Made by a program: the position numbers and the translations under genes
The notes under the pieces: generated by a model
The model's input: the letters and a program-made list of their open reading frames with translations, nothing else
The model's database searches: none
What the model was told of the DNA's origin: nothing
From: Candidatus Omnitrophota bacterium
GTDB lineage: Bacteria; Omnitrophota; Gorgyraeia; Zapsychrales; Zapsychraceae
Direction: 5' to 3'
Assembly: GCA_003522725.1 (NCBI GenBank)
Contig: DPIG01000055.1
Coordinates: 1 to 58,349, forward strand
Length of the DNA: 58,349 nucleotides
Shown here: one piece after another, positions 8,477 to 18,963 of the stretch
Numbering within the stretch: the first letter of the stretch is position 1
How the letters are laid out: every line of letters begins with the position of its first letter

Positions 8477-9136
8477 CTACTTCCCTGATGAACTGGAACC
8501 ACGGTTGAACATATTGCGGATACCGCCCATGAATTTACCGCGGGGCTTATCCTTATCGGGCAACGACTTCTGATCCTTGATCGCATCTTTCTTCGGCTGT
8601 TCCTTGATGACCGCCTTTGGTTTCGGCTTGGCCTCATGTTCATGCGCGGGCTCATGATGCTCGTGCCCATGATGTTCATGCCCGGGGTGCTCATGGCCAT
8701 GGTGTTCATGGTCGTGGACCGCGGGTGCTTTTTCTTTTTTGACGGCCGCCGCGGATTTGGGCTTACTGACAATGACGATCTCTTTTTCCGTCAACTCAAG
8801 ATACGCCAACGCGGCGTTGTCGCCGCGTCGGGTCCCAAGCTTGATGATACGGGTATATCCGCCGACACGGTCCTTGAATCGCGGCGAAGTCTTGACAAAC
8901 AGATCACTGACAACTTTGTGGTCCGTCAGGATGGAAAAAGCACGGCGCTTGGCGGCCAGGGTGCCCTTTTTCCCCAGCGTGATCAATTTATCAACAAGCT
9001 TACGCGCCTCTTTGGCCCTGGCTTCGGTTGTACAAATCCGCTGTGCGACAAGGGTGGCCTTGGCCAGGTCGCGGACGGTCGCTTTACGTAAACTGGAATT
9101 TCGGCTTAATCTGTTCCCTGCCATACCGTGTCGCAT
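8477..9136 (-). CDS. rplQ: 50S ribosomal protein L17 with a ~100-aa His/Lys-rich C-terminal extension
   Basis: N-terminus MRHGMAGNRLSRNSSLRKA plus an L17 core of ~120 aa. This continues in frame into HDHEHHGHEHPGHEHHGHEHHEPAHEHE and a Lys/Pro-rich tail. Position after rpoA is canonical. Confidence 0.9.
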   Translation of the reverse strand: MRHGMAGNRLSRNSSLRKATVRDLAKATLVAQRICTTEARAKEARKLVDKLITLGKKGTLAAKRRAFSILTDHKVVSDLFVKTSPRFKDRVGGYTRIIKLGTRRGDNAALAYLELTEKEIVIVSKPKSAAAVKKEKAPAVHDHEHHGHEHPGHEHHGHEHHEPAHEHEAKPKPKAVIKEQPKKDAIKDQKSLPDKDKPRGKFMGGIRNMFNRGSSSSGK

Positions 9137-9137
9137 G

Positions 9138-10127
9138 TTACTCCTTCTTCAATTTTAATTTCTTGACGTCTACTTTCATGCCCAGACTCAATCCCATGGC
9201 CTTGAGGAGATCGCTGATTTCCGACAAAGATTTCTTGCCGAAATTGCGGAAGGTCAACAATTCGGATTCCGTCTTGCGCACTAATTCCGATATGGTCTTG
9301 ATATTGGCGTCTTTAAGACAATTGGCGCTGCGCACGGACAATTCCAGCTCCGAAATAGGCAACCGGAGCTTCTCGTACATCGCCTGCTCTTCGGCCGAAA
9401 TCTCCTCATCCTCTTCCTCTTCTTCAGGAAGCTGTCCGTAACTGACAAATACGTCCAAATGCCGTTGCAGGATGTTGGCACCATAAAGCAACGCTTCCTT
9501 GGGATTGATGCTGCCGTTGGTCCAGATCTCCGTGACCAAACGGTCATAATCGGTACGCTGCCCGACACGGGTGTTCTCCACCCGGAAATTGACTTTGGTA
9601 ATGGGAGTAAAAATCGAATCGATGGCGATCGTGTCCACGCCCTCTTTCTTGTTCTGCTCTGACGGGACATAGCCGCGGCCGCGAGAAACTTCCATCTCAA
9701 CGAAGAAACGCGTGTCGCGGGTCAGTGTGGCGATATGCAGATCCGGGTTGAGGATCTCCATGCTCTCATCGCAGACAATGTCAACGGCCTTAACTTCACC
9801 TTTTTTCTCGGCCCGTATATGGATAATCTTGGGGACCTTGGAATGCGACCTGATGACCAACTTTTTAATGTTGAGGATGATCTCCGTCACGGACTCCAGC
9901 ACGCCGGGGATCGTGGAAAACTCATGACGCACACCTTCAATGCGCACCGAGGTAACCGCGCTTCCCTCAATGGAGGAGAGCAAGATGCGTCTTAAGGAAT
10001 TCCCGAGGGTGACCCCATAGCCTTTCTCGAACGGTTCGGCAATGAACTTTCCATAGGTATCGGAATAAACGGATTCATCGCAATCAAGCCTTTTGGGCAT
10101 CTGAAAATCTCGCCACTTTACTCCCAT
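9138..10127 (-). CDS. rpoA: DNA-directed RNA polymerase subunit alpha
   Basis: 329 aa; [19 protein letters not shown]-terminal domain and a C-terminal domain with the [12 protein letters not shown] helix-hairpin-helix. AGGAGGA SD. Confidence 0.97.
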   Translation of the reverse strand: MGVKWRDFQMPKRLDCDESVYSDTYGKFIAEPFEKGYGVTLGNSLRRILLSSIEGSAVTSVRIEGVRHEFSTIPGVLESVTEIILNIKKLVIRSHSKVPKIIHIRAEKKGEVKAVDIVCDESMEILNPDLHIATLTRDTRFFVEMEVSRGRGYVPSEQNKKEGVDTIAIDSIFTPITKVNFRVENTRVGQRTDYDRLVTEIWTNGSINPKEALLYGANILQRHLDVFVSYGQLPEEEEEDEEISAEEQAMYEKLRLPISELELSVRSANCLKDANIKTISELVRKTESELLTFRNFGKKSLSEISDLLKAMGLSLGMKVDVKKLKLKKE

Positions 10128-10153
10128 GTGTCTTCCTCCTTGGATGAACCCTG

Positions 10154-10783
10154 TTATCGTGAATAAAGCTCGATGATCAACTGCTCGTTGACGGGGAAAT
10201 TGATATCCTCGCGCGCCGGCAACCGCTTGATCTTTGCCTTATAATGGTCGCGATCGAGCTCAAGCCAGCCCGGAACCGCGCGATTTTCCGAAGCTTTGAG
10301 ATTGTCATCGATCGTTTTTTTTCCCTTTTTCTTGAATTTCAGAATGATCTCGTCGTTTCCCTTGACCTGATACGATGGAATATTGACCATATGGTCATTA
10401 ACGAAAACAAACCCGTGACCGACAATTTGCCGTCCCTGCTTACGGGAGGTCGCGAAACCAAGCTGATACATGACATTGTCCAAACGGCGTTCCAGCATCT
10501 GGAGCAAAACGGTACCGGTAACACCCTTGGTACTCACGGCTTTGCCGAAATAGTTGTTGAACTGTCTTTCGAACATGCCATAAATTCTTTTGACCTTTTG
10601 CTTCTCGCGCATCTGTAACCCGAAGTTCGAAAGCTTTGCTTTACGCGCTTGGCCGTGTTGACCCGGGGCATAGGCCCGGCGTTCGATGGCGCAACGATAG
10701 GTCATGCAACGAACGCCCTTTAAAAAGAGCTTCTCTCCCTCCCTTCTGCATAATCGACAACTTGAACCTAAATATCTTCCCAT
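10154..10783 (-). CDS. rpsD: 30S ribosomal protein S4
   Basis: [24 protein letters not shown]-terminus; alpha-operon position. Confidence 0.97.
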   Translation of the reverse strand: MGRYLGSSCRLCRREGEKLFLKGVRCMTYRCAIERRAYAPGQHGQARKAKLSNFGLQMREKQKVKRIYGMFERQFNNYFGKAVSTKGVTGTVLLQMLERRLDNVMYQLGFATSRKQGRQIVGHGFVFVNDHMVNIPSYQVKGNDEIILKFKKKGKKTIDDNLKASENRAVPGWLELDRDHYKAKIKRLPAREDINFPVNEQLIIELYSR

Positions 10784-10801
10784 AAATTATTTTCCTCCAG
10801 A

Positions 10802-11260
10802 TTAAACCCGTCGTTTTTTCCGGGGACGGCATCCGTTATGTGGTAAAGGCGTCACGTCTTTAATCGAAGTGACCGTCAGTCCATTGGCCTGCAATGCCCG
10901 GATAGCCGATTCACGTCCGGCACCGGGACCTTTCACGAGGACTTCAACGGTCCTCAAACCTAAATCCTTTGCCCGTCGGGCGGCATCAGCCGCGGCAATC
11001 TGCGCGGCAAACGGCGTTGATTTTTTCGAGCCGTTAAACCCGACCATACCCGGTGTCGACCAAGTAATGACGTTTCCCGTGGCATCCGTGATGGTGACGA
11101 TCGTGTTGTTAAACGTCGCTTTGATATGCGCCACACCCGAGGTAATTCCTTTAAGGGCCTTTTTCTTTGCCTTGTCTTTGGCCCGTGCCGCCTTCTCCGG
11201 CTGCGCTTGCGCCGCCGCCGCTGCCGGCTGTTGTTGCTGTTGTTTCGGTTCTTTTTCCAT
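10802..11260 (-). CDS. rpsK: 30S ribosomal protein S11 (Gln/Ala-rich N-terminal extension)
   Basis: Core [18 protein letters not shown] ... [13 protein letters not shown], preceded by [19 protein letters not shown]. Confidence 0.97.
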   Translation of the reverse strand: MEKEPKQQQQQPAAAAAQAQPEKAARAKDKAKKKALKGITSGVAHIKATFNNTIVTITDATGNVITWSTPGMVGFNGSKKSTPFAAQIAAADAARRAKDLGLRTVEVLVKGPGAGRESAIRALQANGLTVTSIKDVTPLPHNGCRPRKKRRV

Positions 11261-11289
11261 AAATTAAAATCCCTCTATGTTAGTCAACG

Positions 11290-11679
11290 CTACGATTTCG
11301 CAACGGGCGCGGGCATCTTCTTGCCGCCAACCCCGGCGCGTTTTCCTTTACGGGTCCGCGCGTTGGTGCGTGTGCGCTGACCGCGCACCGGCAACCCTTT
11401 ACGATGCCTGATCCCGCGGTAAGCCCCGATATCCATGAGCCGTTTAATATTCTGGGCGATCTCCCGGCGCAAATCGCCCTCGGTGATATACCCGCTCTGG
11501 ATGATGGCTGTGATGCGCGAAATCTCTTCATCCGTCAGATCTTTGGCCCGGCGGTTAAAGTCGATCTTGGCCTGCGTTAAGATATCACGGGTCCGCGCCG
11601 GTCCGATGCCGTAAAGATACGGCAACGACGCCTCGATCCTTTTTTGTTTGGGAATGTCAATACCTAAAATTCTTGGCAT
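11290..11679 (-). CDS. rpsM: 30S ribosomal protein S13
   Basis: [27 protein letters not shown]-terminus. Confidence 0.97.
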   Translation of the reverse strand: MPRILGIDIPKQKRIEASLPYLYGIGPARTRDILTQAKIDFNRRAKDLTDEEISRITAIIQSGYITEGDLRREIAQNIKRLMDIGAYRGIRHRKGLPVRGQRTRTNARTRKGKRAGVGGKKMPAPVAKS

Positions 11680-11685
11680 ACTGTT

Positions 11686-11799
11686 TTACCCCTGTCTCTG
11701 TTTATGTTTCGGATTCGAGCAGATCACCCGAACCACGCCTTTTCGACGGATGATCTTGCAATGCCCGCAAATTCTTTTGACTGACGATTTTACTTTCAT
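11686..11799 (-). CDS. rpmJ: 50S ribosomal protein L36 (not in the ORF track)
   Basis: Hand translation of the minus strand gives [37 protein letters not shown] followed by a stop. It has the Cys3-His zinc pattern and the canonical infA-rpmJ-rpsM position. Confidence 0.95.
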   Translation of the reverse strand: MKVKSSVKRICGHCKIIRRKGVVRVICSNPKHKQRQG

Positions 11800-11804
11800 G
11801 ATTT

Positions 11805-12020
11805 TTATGCCCTGAATGTTATCCGCCCCCGCGTTAGATCGTAAGGCGAAAGTTCAACTTTTACTTTGTCTCCCGGAAGAATCCGGATAAAATTCTTCCG
11901 GATCTTTCCGGAAATGTGCGCCAGCACCAAATGCCCGTTATCGAGTACCACCCGAAACATGGCATTGGGTAACGCCTCTTTAACGACCCCTTCGACCTCG
12001 ATAAGTTCTTCTTTCGCCAT
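11805..12020 (-). CDS. infA: Translation initiation factor IF-1
   Basis: 71 aa; [24 protein letters not shown] ... [14 protein letters not shown]. Confidence 0.97.
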   Translation of the reverse strand: MAKEELIEVEGVVKEALPNAMFRVVLDNGHLVLAHISGKIRKNFIRILPGDKVKVELSPYDLTRGRITFRA

Positions 12021-12023
12021 ACC

Positions 12024-12785
12024 CTATATTCGCGTAAGTATCTCCGGCCCCTTCGAAGCAATCGCCACTGTATGTTCAAAATGCGCTGAAGGCTGACCGT
12101 CCTGGGTAACCACCGTCCACCCGTCATCCAATATCCTCGTCTGCCACGTGCCCATATTCACCATCGGCTCAATGGCGAGAACCATGCCCTCTTTAAGGAT
12201 CGGGCCGTTATGCGCCGGCCCGAAATTCGGGATCTCGGGGTCCTCGTGCAAATTCTTGCCGATGCCGTGCCCCACAAAATCACGCACGATCGAAAAATGG
12301 TTCGCCTCAATGAAGGTCTGGATCGCGTGCGATATATCCGACAGGTGATTCCCGGCGCGGGCCTGCTCAATTCCCTTATAAAGAGATTGGCTGGTCACCT
12401 CCAGGAGCTTCTTTAAAGCATCCCGGACTATCCCGATTCCCGCCGTCAGAGCTGTATCGGAATAATAACCCTTATGGATAATTCCCACATCCAGACTCAC
12501 GATATCACCCGGACGTAACAACCGGTTCCCGGGCACGCCGTGCACGACTTCTTCGTTAACCGATATACACACACACCCCGGGAAACCACGATATCCTTTA
12601 AAGGCCGGAACAACACCCCTTTGCTGAATCAGTTTCCCTGCGACCTGATCAACTTCCCTGGTTGTAATCCCCTCTTTTAAAGAACGCTTTAAATCTTCGA
12701 CAATTTCCGCTAGAATTTTCCCGGCGTCACGTAAAATTGCGATTTCCTGGGCCGTCTTAATGCTTATTGAATTTGTGGTCTTCAT
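12024..12785 (-). CDS. map: Type I methionine aminopeptidase
   Basis: 253 aa; pita-bread fold blocks GYRGFPGCVCISVNEEVVHGVP, DVGI, FVGHGIG, LAIEPM, HFEHTV. Confidence 0.95.
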   Translation of the reverse strand: MKTTNSISIKTAQEIAILRDAGKILAEIVEDLKRSLKEGITTREVDQVAGKLIQQRGVVPAFKGYRGFPGCVCISVNEEVVHGVPGNRLLRPGDIVSLDVGIIHKGYYSDTALTAGIGIVRDALKKLLEVTSQSLYKGIEQARAGNHLSDISHAIQTFIEANHFSIVRDFVGHGIGKNLHEDPEIPNFGPAHNGPILKEGMVLAIEPMVNMGTWQTRILDDGWTVVTQDGQPSAHFEHTVAIASKGPEILTRI

Positions 12786-13425
12786 GAAATATCTGCATCA
12801 AAACAGCCTGTACCTCTTCAGAATCCTTGTCGCCATCGAGCTTCTTTAACTTGCCTTGGGCATTGTAATAATCAATAACCGACCGTGTATTTTTCAAATA
12901 CACGTCCATGCGCGTGCGGATCGTGGCTTCATTGTCATCGGCTCTCTGATATACCTCTGCGCCGCACAGATCACATACTTTTTCTTTTTTGGGCGGCTTA
13001 TTGCGGATATGATATAAAGTGCCGCAATTCCGGCACACCCGCCGCCCCCCCAGCCGTTGGATAATGACCGGCAGCGTTGATTCCATATATAAAGCGTAAT
13101 CGAGAGGCTGCCGAATCTGCCCCAGGATCCGGTCGAGATCTTCGGCCTGCTTGCGCGTTCGGGGAAAACCATCCAGCATATATCCGTGCCCAACGCGTTT
13201 GTCGCTGGTCAATTTCTTCTCAATGAGCCTGATGACGAATTCATCCGGGACAAGTTCGCCCTTTTCAATAAACTTTTTTACTTCCCGGCCGGTCGCTGTT
13301 TCTTTTTTCATCTCCTCCCGAAGCATATCCCCGGTTGAGATGTGGACCAATCCCAAGCCTTCCTTTAACAGGGCCGCCAAGGTCCCTTTTCCGGCACCCG
13401 GGGGCCCGAGCAATACCAATCTCAT
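12757..13425 (-). CDS. adk: Adenylate kinase (4-Cys zinc lid)
   Basis: P-loop LLGPPGAGKGT; lid CRNCG...CDLCG. Confidence 0.95.
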   Translation of the reverse strand: MRLVLLGPPGAGKGTLAALLKEGLGLVHISTGDMLREEMKKETATGREVKKFIEKGELVPDEFVIRLIEKKLTSDKRVGHGYMLDGFPRTRKQAEDLDRILGQIRQPLDYALYMESTLPVIIQRLGGRRVCRNCGTLYHIRNKPPKKEKVCDLCGAEVYQRADDNEATIRTRMDVYLKNTRSVIDYYNAQGKLKKLDGDKDSEEVQAVLMQIFHEDHKFNKH

Positions 13426-14783
13426 CGCCGGCCTCTTATCATTTGGCCGGAACGCATAAAACCGTCATAATGACGCGTCAATAGATGCGATTCGATCTGC
13501 TTCATAGTGTCAAGCATAACCCCGACGATGATCAAAACACCCGTACCGCCAAAAAATGATGCCACCAGATATGGCACTTTAAAAGAGGCCATGATCGCAT
13601 CCGGCATAATGGCGATCGCGCAAATAAAAACCGCGCCCGCCAGTGTGATGCGTGTCATGATAAAATCCAGATATTCCGACGTCTGGGTTCCGGGCCGCAC
13701 GCCTGGAATAAATCCTCCATGTTTTTTCATGTTCTCGGCCACATCGATCGGATTAAAAACAATGGCGGTGTAGAAATAACAAAAAAATACGATGAGCAAT
13801 CCATAAACCAGATAATACCAGACGTGGCCACGCAAAAAGATGCTCGCCAGAGATTGAAACCCCTGGTGCGGGATAAAGCTGGCCAGCGTCGCCGGGAAAA
13901 GGATAATCGACTGTGCGAAAATAATCGCGATGACTCCCGAAGTATCCACTTTCAGCGGGATATACGTATTCTGCCCGCCGTACACTTTACGGCCCACAAT
14001 GCGCCGGGCATATTGTACCGGGATCTTGCGCTGCGCCTGCGTGATCAGGGTGATCGAGATAATGACGCCGATCAAAAAACAAACCATGAGCACCAGCGTT
14101 AACGGCTGCAACTGCGCGGAACCCGCGCCGGCAGAAGCAGGCGCCATCAACCGGAGCAACATCTGCATAGCTGAAGGAGCCGCCGAAAGGATACCCGCCG
14201 TAATAATAAGGGAAATCCCGTTACCGATACCGTGTTCCTGGATGCGTTCACCAAACCACATCAAAAGGAGCGTCCCGCTCGATAAGGTCAAAACGGTTAC
14301 CAGGCGAAATCCCCATCCTGGATTATTGACGACCTGCAATCCTTGAAAGACCGTTCCCGATTTATCTTCAAGCCAAAGAGCGATAAAAAATGATTGAACG
14401 AGCGCCAGGACCAAGGTGCCGTAGCGCGTGTACTGATTGATCTTCTGATATCCTGCCTGGCCTTCCTTGGCCAAACGTTCCAGCGACGGAATAACGGCCG
14501 TCAAAAGCTGCATAATGATGGAGCTGGAAATATAGGGCATGATCCCCAAGGCGAACACCGTTGCCTTTTCCAGCGCTCCACCGGAGAACATATTCATGAT
14601 CCCGAATATGCTCCCTCCGGAGGTGGAACTAAGCCGCTGAAAGAATTCCGCTAAAACCGAACCGTTAACCCCCGGAGTCGGGAGATAACATCCAACCCGG
14701 TAGGCCACGACAATGGCCAAAGTAAAAAATATTTTATTCTTTAATTCAGGTATCTTAAAACAGTTGGCGAATGAAGCGATCAT
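13422..14783 (-). CDS. secY: Preprotein translocase subunit SecY
   Basis: 453-aa polytopic membrane protein; IPELKNKIFFTL N-terminus; spc-operon position. Confidence 0.97.
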   Translation of the reverse strand: MIASFANCFKIPELKNKIFFTLAIVVAYRVGCYLPTPGVNGSVLAEFFQRLSSTSGGSIFGIMNMFSGGALEKATVFALGIMPYISSSIIMQLLTAVIPSLERLAKEGQAGYQKINQYTRYGTLVLALVQSFFIALWLEDKSGTVFQGLQVVNNPGWGFRLVTVLTLSSGTLLLMWFGERIQEHGIGNGISLIITAGILSAAPSAMQMLLRLMAPASAGAGSAQLQPLTLVLMVCFLIGVIISITLITQAQRKIPVQYARRIVGRKVYGGQNTYIPLKVDTSGVIAIIFAQSIILFPATLASFIPHQGFQSLASIFLRGHVWYYLVYGLLIVFFCYFYTAIVFNPIDVAENMKKHGGFIPGVRPGTQTSEYLDFIMTRITLAGAVFICAIAIMPDAIMASFKVPYLVASFFGGTGVLIIVGVMLDTMKQIESHLLTRHYDGFMRSGQMIRGRR

Positions 14784-15223
14784 GCCGCTGTAACCTTGCC
14801 TCCGGCCTTGAGAATCTTCTCGCGGGCCGTCTGGGAGACACTCCCCGCTTCAACAACAACGGATCTCTTCAGCTCGCCGTCCCCTAAAATCTTGAAGGGT
14901 TTATGGATACTTTCGATCAACCCATGGGACTTCAGTAATGCGACGTTAATAACCGTTCCATTCTCCAAATGGTTCAATTGCTTCAGATCAACGACCTGAT
15001 TGAGGATCGGGCGCTTGCTGCGAAAACCGACCTTCGGAAGACGCTTGGCTAACGGCATCTGGCCCCCCTCTGAAGTGCCGATCAGTTTACGTCCGCTGCT
15101 GCGTGAATTTTGTCCCTTTTGTCCACGACCGCTGGTACGGCCATGACCGGATCCGGCGCCCCGTCCAAGGAGTTTCTTCCTTTTTCGTGAGCCCACAGGT
15201 GATTTAAGTTCGTGTAAATACAT
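14780..15223 (-). CDS. rplO: 50S ribosomal protein L15
   Basis: Gly/Arg-rich N-terminus RGAGSGHGRTSGRGQKGQ; follows rpsE directly. Confidence 0.95.
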   Translation of the reverse strand: MYLHELKSPVGSRKRKKLLGRGAGSGHGRTSGRGQKGQNSRSSGRKLIGTSEGGQMPLAKRLPKVGFRSKRPILNQVVDLKQLNHLENGTVINVALLKSHGLIESIHKPFKILGDGELKRSVVVEAGSVSQTAREKILKAGGKVTAA

Positions 15224-15224
15224 T

Positions 15225-15845
15225 TTAGGCTTTCTTCAAATTGTTTCCGGATTTTAAACGGCTAAGCCCGTCCATCGTCGCCTTAACGACATTGATCGGA
15301 TTGTTCGACCTGTGACATTTCGTCAAAATGTTACGGATACCGACCCCGTCGCAAACCGCGCGCACAGGTCCCGCAGCGATAACCCCGGTTCCATCTGCCG
15401 CCGGTTTCAAAAGGACGGTCGCTCCACCGCAGCGGCCGATGATCTCATGAGGTATCGTTGATCCGCTCAAAGACACATTGATCATTTGCTTTTTTGCCGA
15501 TGCGATGGACTTGCGAATGGCGATAGAAACTTCGGCCGCCTTCTCTAAACTATACCCGACGCGCCCCTTAGTATCCCCAACGACAACCAAAGCGCTAAAG
15601 GAAAGCTTCTTGCCCCCCTTGGTCACTTTGGTGATACGGTTAATGGAGATAACCTCTTCGACCGGCTCCGAATCGGAAGATTTTTCAAAAGCGATCTTCG
15701 CTTTCCGGCCAAAGCGATCTTCTTCACCGCCGGCTTTTTTTCTGCGCACCGGTTCCGGGGGCTGTTCTTCAACCACAGGAATTTTATTAACACTGGTTTC
15801 CGCCGTGTCAGCGGGATCTTTGATCTGTTCTTTTTGCTCTTCCAT
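15225..15845 (-). CDS. rpsE: 30S ribosomal protein S5 (acidic N-terminal extension)
   Basis: Core [27 protein letters not shown] 15845 follows AAGGAG by 5 nt; the ORF-track start 15860 is GTG. Confidence 0.95.
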   Translation of the reverse strand: MEEQKEQIKDPADTAETSVNKIPVVEEQPPEPVRRKKAGGEEDRFGRKAKIAFEKSSDSEPVEEVISINRITKVTKGGKKLSFSALVVVGDTKGRVGYSLEKAAEVSIAIRKSIASAKKQMINVSLSGSTIPHEIIGRCGGATVLLKPAADGTGVIAAGPVRAVCDGVGIRNILTKCHRSNNPINVVKATMDGLSRLKSGNNLKKA

Positions 15846-15862
15846 GTCTCCTTTATCCACTC

Positions 15863-16228
15863 CTAGAATTCCAATCCGCCTTTACGCGCGGCTTCGGCAA
15901 AAGCCTTCACGCAACCGTGGTACAGATAGCCGCCACGATCGAAGCAAATCTTGTTGATTCCCTTTTTCTTGGCCTCAGCGGCGAAGATCTCTCCCAGACG
16001 CGCTGCGGCATCCACGTTCCCGCCATTCTTGATCTTTGCGCGCACGTCTTTGGTTAAAGTCGACAAACCGAAAAGGACACTGCGGCTGACATCATCTATG
16101 ACTTGTACGTAAAAATTATTAAGACTGCGGTGCACGCATACCCGGGGCCGCTCATTGGTTCCGATGATCCTGCTGCGCGTCCGCTGATGCCGGTAAATCC
16201 TTCCTAATTCTTTTTTCAAAAGTACCAT
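15863..16228 (-). CDS. rplR: 50S ribosomal protein L18
   Basis: [19 protein letters not shown] ... [20 protein letters not shown]. Confidence 0.97.
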   Translation of the reverse strand: MVLLKKELGRIYRHQRTRSRIIGTNERPRVCVHRSLNNFYVQVIDDVSRSVLFGLSTLTKDVRAKIKNGGNVDAAARLGEIFAAEAKKKGINKICFDRGGYLYHGCVKAFAEAARKGGLEF

Positions 16229-16241
16229 AAAAATTCGATCC

Positions 16242-16781
16242 TTATTTCGTTACGGATTTTCCTTGTTTGCGCCGGACAAATTCGCCCACATAGCGGATAC
16301 CCTTGCCTTTATACGGCTCCACGGGTTTGATGGCGCGGATACTCGCTGCCACCTGACCGACGGCCATGTTGTCCGGGCCTTCGATCGTGATCGAAGTCTG
16401 GGTCGGCACCGCCACTTTGACAGTGCCAGGCACCTCAAATTCAACCGGATGGCTCAACCCGAGGCTAAAAACGATCTTTTTCCCCTGTAACTGCGCGCGG
16501 AAGCCCAAGCCTTGTATTTCCAGATCTTTTTTGTGACCTTTAGTCACACCGGTCACCATGTTGACCAGATAAGCGCGAACCGTTCCGTGCGTCGCCTTCA
16601 TCTGTTTGATGTCCGACTGACGGGTGACCAGCAACTGGCCGTCTTTGGATTCCACCTTGATTCCTGACGGGATGCTCAACTCCAACTTTCCCTTCGGCCC
16701 TTCCACATACACTTTGGAAGCATCAAGGGTGACCTTGACTTCCTTGGGTACCGCAACCGGTATTTTTCCTATACGTGACAT
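16242..16781 (-). CDS. rplF: 50S ribosomal protein L6
   Basis: MSRIGKIPVAVPKEVKV ... EPYKGKGIRY. Confidence 0.97.
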   Translation of the reverse strand: MSRIGKIPVAVPKEVKVTLDASKVYVEGPKGKLELSIPSGIKVESKDGQLLVTRQSDIKQMKATHGTVRAYLVNMVTGVTKGHKKDLEIQGLGFRAQLQGKKIVFSLGLSHPVEFEVPGTVKVAVPTQTSITIEGPDNMAVGQVAASIRAIKPVEPYKGKGIRYVGEFVRRKQGKSVTK

Positions 16782-16798
16782 GGATTAACGTCCTTCGA

Positions 16799-17194
16799 TT
16801 ACCAAATGTAACACAAAATTTCTCCGCCCACCTGTAATTTCCTGGCCTCGCGATCCGTGATAACCCCTTTAGAAGTGGAAAGCACGGCTGTCCCCAGCCC
16901 GTTAAGAACGCGGGGAAGTTCATCGTTCTTACGATAGACCCTCAATCCGGACTTTGACACCCTGCGCAATCCCATGATGGCGGGTTTTTTATTCTCATAT
17001 TTCAGATAAACCTTGAATGTCCCCTGCACGTTATTTTTCATCAACCGGACATCCTCGATATAACCGTCGTTCTTAAAAATCTCGAGGATCCGGCCATTTA
17101 ATTTAGAAGCAGGAATATCAACAGTTTCCTTGCCAGCCTGAACGCCGTTACGGATCGTGGTTAACAAATCGCTGATTGGGTCGTTTAATGACAT
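16799..17194 (-). CDS. rpsH: 30S ribosomal protein S8
   Basis: MSLNDPISDLLTTIRNG ... GGEILCYIW. Confidence 0.97.
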   Translation of the reverse strand: MSLNDPISDLLTTIRNGVQAGKETVDIPASKLNGRILEIFKNDGYIEDVRLMKNNVQGTFKVYLKYENKKPAIMGLRRVSKSGLRVYRKNDELPRVLNGLGTAVLSTSKGVITDREARKLQVGGEILCYIW

Positions 17195-17228
17195 ATCGGA
17201 TAAATCCTCATTTTATCTGTCAGATAAA

Positions 17229-17414
17229 TTACCAACTGGCCTTTTTTACCCCGGGAATTTCACCGCGCCAGGCCAATTCCCGGAAACAAATGCGGCATAC
17301 TCCGAACCGGCGATAATAGGATCGTACGCGGCCGCATATCTGACAACGGTTATATTTTCTGCTCGAAAATTTCGGTTTTCTGGCTGCCTTCAGTACTAAT
17401 GCTTTCCTGGCCAT
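17229..17414 (-). CDS. rpsN: 30S ribosomal protein S14, type Z (zinc-binding, 61 aa)
   Basis: CQICGR...CRICFR double CxxC; ends GVKKASW. Confidence 0.97.
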   Translation of the reverse strand: MARKALVLKAARKPKFSSRKYNRCQICGRVRSYYRRFGVCRICFRELAWRGEIPGVKKASW

Positions 17415-17428
17415 GTCACTCTTTCTTC

Positions 17429-17971
17429 TTACTTTTTGGTAAACGGCATCCCCAAAAGCCTGAGAAGTTCTTTGGTCTGCTCTTGTGGTCCCTTGTTAAA
17501 AACGAATATGATATCCATCCCTTGCGTATTCGAAAGCTTGCCCGTTTCGATCTCCGGGAAGATCGCCTGTTCCGAGATCCCGATGGAATAGTTGCCCTGC
17601 CCATCAAAAGACTTGGTCGATACGCCGTTAAAATCGCGAATACGCGGCAACGCCACATTAACCAGTCGGTCTAAGAATTCGTACATCTTGGCCCGGCGCA
17701 ACGTGACCTTACAGCCAATGGGCAAATTTTCTCTGATCTTGAAATTAGAAATAGCTTTCTTCGCGCGCGTAACGACCGGCTGTTGCCCGGCAATGGTGGC
17801 CAAATCTTTAACGGCAGCGTCCAGGATCTTGGCATCGGCGATGGCTTTTCCAACGCCCATGTTAATGACGATTTTTTCAAGACGCGGGACGGCCATGCGA
17901 TTCTTGATACCGAAGGTCTCTTGCATTTTCGGCACGGTTTTTTCCCGATATTCCTGTTGCAAACGCGGCAT
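17429..17971 (-). CDS. rplE: 50S ribosomal protein L5
   Basis: [11 protein letters not shown]... The ATG at 17971 is preferred; the ORF-track start 17974 is a GTG one codon upstream. Confidence 0.97.
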   Translation of the reverse strand: MPRLQQEYREKTVPKMQETFGIKNRMAVPRLEKIVINMGVGKAIADAKILDAAVKDLATIAGQQPVVTRAKKAISNFKIRENLPIGCKVTLRRAKMYEFLDRLVNVALPRIRDFNGVSTKSFDGQGNYSIGISEQAIFPEIETGKLSNTQGMDIIFVFNKGPQEQTKELLRLLGMPFTKK

Positions 17972-17976
17972 CACTG

Positions 17977-18288
17977 TTAAACACCCTCCCCGGTCTTCAC
18001 AGCCACACGCTGTTTCGTCCCATCTTTAAGCAAAGAAGCTTTAAAACGCGTTGGTTGATTACTTTTCTTGTCGATGAGCATGATATTGGAAATATGGATC
18101 GGGGCTTCGATCTCCACAATCCCGCCTTGGGGATTCTGCTGGGTCCTGCGCTGAGCCTTCTTGACCAAGTTGATCCGTTCGACAAGCGCCCGTTGTTCTC
18201 TTGGGAAAACCATCATGACTTTTCCGGTTTTGCCCTTATCCTTGCCGGCAATCACTTTGATCTGATCATCTTTTTTAATGCGCAACAT
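17977..18288 (-). CDS. rplX: 50S ribosomal protein L24
   Basis: KOW motif [21 protein letters not shown]. Confidence 0.97.
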   Translation of the reverse strand: MLRIKKDDQIKVIAGKDKGKTGKVMMVFPREQRALVERINLVKKAQRRTQQNPQGGIVEIEAPIHISNIMLIDKKSNQPTRFKASLLKDGTKQRVAVKTGEGV

Positions 18289-18289
18289 A

Positions 18290-18658
18290 TTAAACGACCT
18301 CTGGCGCTAAGGACACGATTTTCATATATTCCATATTACGAAGCTCACGGGCAACGGGACCAAAAACGCGTGTTCCCTTCGGGTTGCCCGTTTCATCCAC
18401 GATAACGACGGCGTTAGTATCAAAACGGACATATGTCCCATCCGAACGACGAATCGGGGCTTTGGTACGGATGATGATCCCCTTGGCCTTTTCGCCCTTT
18501 TTAACGGCGGCGTCGGGCGCGGACTCTTTGATATTGACGCTCACCAGATCTCCAATACGCGCGCATAATCTTCCTTTAGCGTGAAGCACTCCGATCAACG
18601 ATGCCTTGCGCGCGCCCGTATTGTCCGCCACATCCAGTAATGTCTTTAAATAAAGCAT
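18290..18658 (-). CDS. rplN: 50S ribosomal protein L14
   Basis: 122 aa from ATG 18658 (MLYLKTLLDVADNTGARK). The ORF-track start 18730 would overlap rpsQ. Confidence 0.97.
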   Translation of the reverse strand: MLYLKTLLDVADNTGARKASLIGVLHAKGRLCARIGDLVSVNIKESAPDAAVKKGEKAKGIIIRTKAPIRRSDGTYVRFDTNAVVIVDETGNPKGTRVFGPVARELRNMEYMKIVSLAPEVV

Positions 18659-18666
18659 GTTTATCC

Positions 18667-18963
18667 TTATATTGAACTCGCCGGCTGATCTGAAACGACA
18701 GCCTTCTTCACGATATCCATAATGACCCAACGTTTATCCTTGGAAAGAGGCCGTGTTTCCATAATCCGCACGACATCTCCCGTTTTCGCCGCATTTTTCT
18801 CGTCATGGGCCTTGTACTTTGAGGCCTTTTGCATAACCTTCTGATATTGAGAATGCTTTGTCGTCCAGCGCACCTGGACCACGCGCGTCTTGTTCATCTT
18901 GTCGCTGACGACAGTGCCCTCTAAAAACCTTCGCTGGTTAGGCCTTTTTGCTGGTTCGCTCAT
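18667..18963 (-). CDS. rpsQ: 30S ribosomal protein S17
   Basis: GTVVSDKMNKTRVVQV ... HDEKNAAKTGDVVRIMETRPLSK. Confidence 0.97.
   Translation of the reverse strand: MSEPAKRPNQRRFLEGTVVSDKMNKTRVVQVRWTTKHSQYQKVMQKASKYKAHDEKNAAKTGDVVRIMETRPLSKDKRWVIMDIVKKAVVSDQPASSI

Noticed and set aside
8356-8772. 138-aa same-strand ORF in an alternative frame, covering the L17 tail and running into the aminotransferase N-terminus.
   Set aside because: It overlaps two better-supported frames. Its Met/Asn/Arg/Ser-rich translation is simply the frame-shifted reading of the CAT/GAA-rich His-Glu repeat. I found no SD or independent signal.
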